Assembly: GCA_020536535.1 (NCBI GenBank)
Contig: JAHLWZ010000751.1
Span: forward strand, 1 to 64,000
Direction: 5' to 3'
Source of the DNA: Pelomyxa schiedti
Taxonomy: Eukaryota > Protista > Evosea
DNA: 64,000 bases
Shown here: positions 61,254 to 64,000 of the stretch, piece after piece
Numbering within the stretch: the stretch's first letter is position 1
Layout: every line of letters starts with the position of its first letter
The notes under the pieces: model-generated
Seen by the model: the letters and a program-made list of their open reading frames with translations, nothing else
Databases searched by the model: none
What the model was told of the DNA's origin: nothing
Made by a program: the position numbers and the translations under genes

Positions 61254-63777
61254 CTAAAACTTTGTGTTGAAGTGGAGCACGTGGGACCAGTTGTCATCAA
61301 TTTCGCCTGCGTCTTTTTGTGACTTCAGCCGCTGGCTTTCTTTGAATGCAGACTCTATTATTCTGTCTTCTGGATAGCGATCAAACAGGGACTGCAGGCC
61401 AGTGGCACATTCATTGAACTCTTTTGCCTCTTTCAGCAGTGTGCAGCGGGTGAAATCCGCACACATTTCCTTGTTTCCGTCCCCTTTGGTCACTGGGAGA
61501 AGCTCATATACACCAGAGCCATTTATCATTCCCTTTGCCACGACGGTCCCAAGTTTTCTGGCTGCGAAATCCAGGTGTGCTGTGACTGATGGGAGAAATG
61601 TGTTCTGGTACACTGTCTCTGATATCAGTATGTTGCTTCCGTAGTACTTATTGAGGTTCTCCAGGCGCGATGCGAGATTGACACTTGACCCCATAACGGT
61701 GTAGCAAAACCTGTCTGTGCTTCCGGAATTGCCAGCAAGAACTTCACCAGACGCAACTCCAATACGGGCATACAACAGTGGGAGGCCGGCGTGACTATGC
61801 TCCTTCCGTAACTCTTTCAGTGATTCTTGTATGCGAACTGCACAGTTGCATGCAGAGGTATCAGGGTTATCTATATTAACTGTGGCTCCCCATACAGCCT
61901 GGAAAAATATTTAGTTTGGAAGGCGAACTGTGATTTGATACCATTATTTCATCTCCAACTATCTTATCTACGATTCCATTTTCTAACTGAATTGCATGAT
62001 GGCAGATATCCATAAACCTTGTAAAAAGGGCAATCATCATCTCTGGGGGTACCACCTCAGTCAGGTGAGAGAAGTCTTCAATGTCACAGAACATAATACT
62101 ACACTGCCTTTTCCTCACCCCGAGTTTGCACTCAGAAGTTCCATTGAGATACCATTTAACAACTTCCATGGGAACATATTTCCCGAAACTAGCCAACATT
62201 TTCCGCACCGACTCTGTTGAGTCTTCAAGAGAGTTGATTTCTTGCAGTGCAAGTTTTTTTCTGTTGTCTTTGTGCAGAGTCAATCCCAGGTTCACTTTCT
62301 TCAAGGTGCGTTCGTCTAATCTTGACAGAGCCTCTAGCTCTCTGGATACATACTTGATAGGTGTTGTCAAATAGAAGCTCGCTCCTACAACAATAGCTCC
62401 TAGTAGCACCACTATTCCAATTGCACTGCACACAGTGATGATAAGTGTTTGTCTCTGACTTGTGAAGTAATCCGCGCAAGGAACTACAGAGACCATCACC
62501 CAGTACCCCAGAGTTTCTGAAAAGGTAGTGCGCTTTGCTGTAACATCAACAGCTTCTCCAGCCACAGTACCTCGATAATGGAAGACTCCCTCAAAATCAA
62601 GCATGGTTGAAACATCACTCCCAAAACTGGCGATTCCATGTTAGTGCAAGAAAGCTCTGAAAAATCACTTACTGGGAATAAAAGATTTCCGCAATGTCAC
62701 GAGCCTCCTCAGTTTCAAGAGTCCAAAGGGAAGTCATATCCGTCCCGTTGATGAGAATCGGAATGTTCTCATTCCCTGAGGCGATAATTGTCCCCCCCTC
62801 TGATTGAAACATCAAGGACCACCCAGTTTTTCCAACACTTAAGCTCAGGAAAAAAGCTTGCAGTGTGGACAAGTCGTAGTCCAAGGCAAAGACAGCACAT
62901 AAGGTTGAGTTTGAGAGCGGATCAGGAACAGCCTCCGCCAATGTGAAGCCAATTCCAATACCGTGAACGAAAGTATATGGCTCAGTCCATATAGGAACCC
63001 CGAAGCCATATTCTACTGCAAGTTGAAACCAATCTCTACACAAAAAATATGAGCTGTCGGCACTGCATACAATCCAGTTAATACATACTTAAGAGTTGGT
63101 CGGTAGCCCAATCCCCAATTCTCACACACAGATTCTTGAATAAACGGCTCTGGGTCAAAGAGACACCTTATGAATGCCCATCCAGTGGAATTACCTTGGT
63201 TCATGAACCCTGTGTAGGGAAATGACTGGGCCCCAGTCATTACATCAGTAGGGGTTGCAGCAAAGAGTTTGTGATTGCCACTGAGAGTGTGAGCGGCCAT
63301 TATCTTCCACAGACTCAGGAACTCTACCTCATCAGAGCATATTAGTGGGTTCAACTTTATCACAATGAATCAGCGAGAAGAATAATCAAAGTTTCAGACT
63401 GTGTACCTTGGCGAGGTTTGCATTCTCGTGTAGAATCAGAGTTGCATCCCTCACAAATTCCCCAGCGAACCTCTCGATCTCATTGATGATACTGTTATAC
63501 AAAGTCGTGGTTGTTTTCTCTAGTCCAGCTTGTGAAGAAAGTGACCAGAAAATCATTACAGGGGTAACTGAGGCAAGAGGGGAAAAGTATGATCAGTTAG
63601 AATGCCGAATTCCACGAAGTGTATGTAGGAATGCCACTAACCTGTGACAACCAAGGATACCAAGAGGAAGACAGTAATGACTGTCCTCAGGGAAAAGTGA
63701 CAGGGATTTTTGTCCAAGTTGCGTGGAACTTCACCCAAGAGTGACAGGTCCGAGACCTTGGCAGTCCGCTGGAACAT
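61254..63777 (-). CDS. class III adenylate cyclase with TM-Cache-TM-HAMP-cyclase architecture (5' end uncertain)
   Basis: Cache: YRPT.RDWF..A, WTEPY, GKTG..L. TM ITVCSAIGIVVLLGAIVV. HAMP: TTPIKYVS..EINSL. FGKYVP. Cyclase: FCDIEDFS, VDKIVGDEIM, RIGVASG, YTVMGSSVNLASRLE. Confidence 0.9.
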
Positions 63778-64000
63778 AAATAACAAACAAAAAAAAATAC
63801 AAACAAGAAGACAAAAATACAATAACACTAACTGCCCAACCACTCTGCCTCTGGAGGGAGAAGGTGTTTTGTTTGTGTATCACACAACGACTTTTTTTTT
63901 CTTTTTCTATCCCCTTTATTCTTCTGCTTTTGGTTCACGGCTTTTGGCTTTTAGGCAGTATCGAGGAGCAACACGATTTTCGTGTGAGGTGAAGGCAGTT

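Overview
Eukaryotic nuclear DNA, very gene-dense (about 28 genes and remnants in 64 kb, intergenic gaps often under 200 bp). Many short spliceosomal introns (mostly about 35-120 nt, GT-AG, at least two GC-AG) break up the six-frame ORFs, so gene models were rebuilt by splicing by eye; the genetic code is standard. The gene families and style suggest an amoeboid protist, possibly an anaerobic archamoeba such as Pelomyxa; this is an inference, not a database result. The first ~5.7 kb holds decayed genes: a ceramide-synthase remnant, a broken ankyrin-like gene and a kinase/Sel1 remnant. The rest is mostly signalling, trafficking and ubiquitin genes: myotubularin, two TBC RabGAPs, START protein, STK16-like kinase, RasGEF, Rac-family GTPase, ARM-DH-PH RhoGEF, transportin, calcineurin A, Arf, Shewanella-like and PPP phosphatases, ZUP1-like deubiquitinase, two RING proteins, FYVE-arrestin and a TYSND1/DEG15-like peroxisomal protease. 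Three genes are of prokaryotic type: an APH-family kinase, an MtaA/CmuA-family methyltransferase and a Cache-HAMP adenylate cyclase. Most notable are the intron-containing MtaA/CmuA methyltransferase, a Rac with Rnd-like GTPase-inactivating substitutions head-to-head with a RhoGEF, a UBZ + p62-type ZZ + C78 deubiquitinase, a catalytically dead TBC protein, a transportin lacking most of its H8 loop and a long inverted repeat at 48.3-48.5 kb. No rRNA, tRNA, CRISPR array or transposase was seen.
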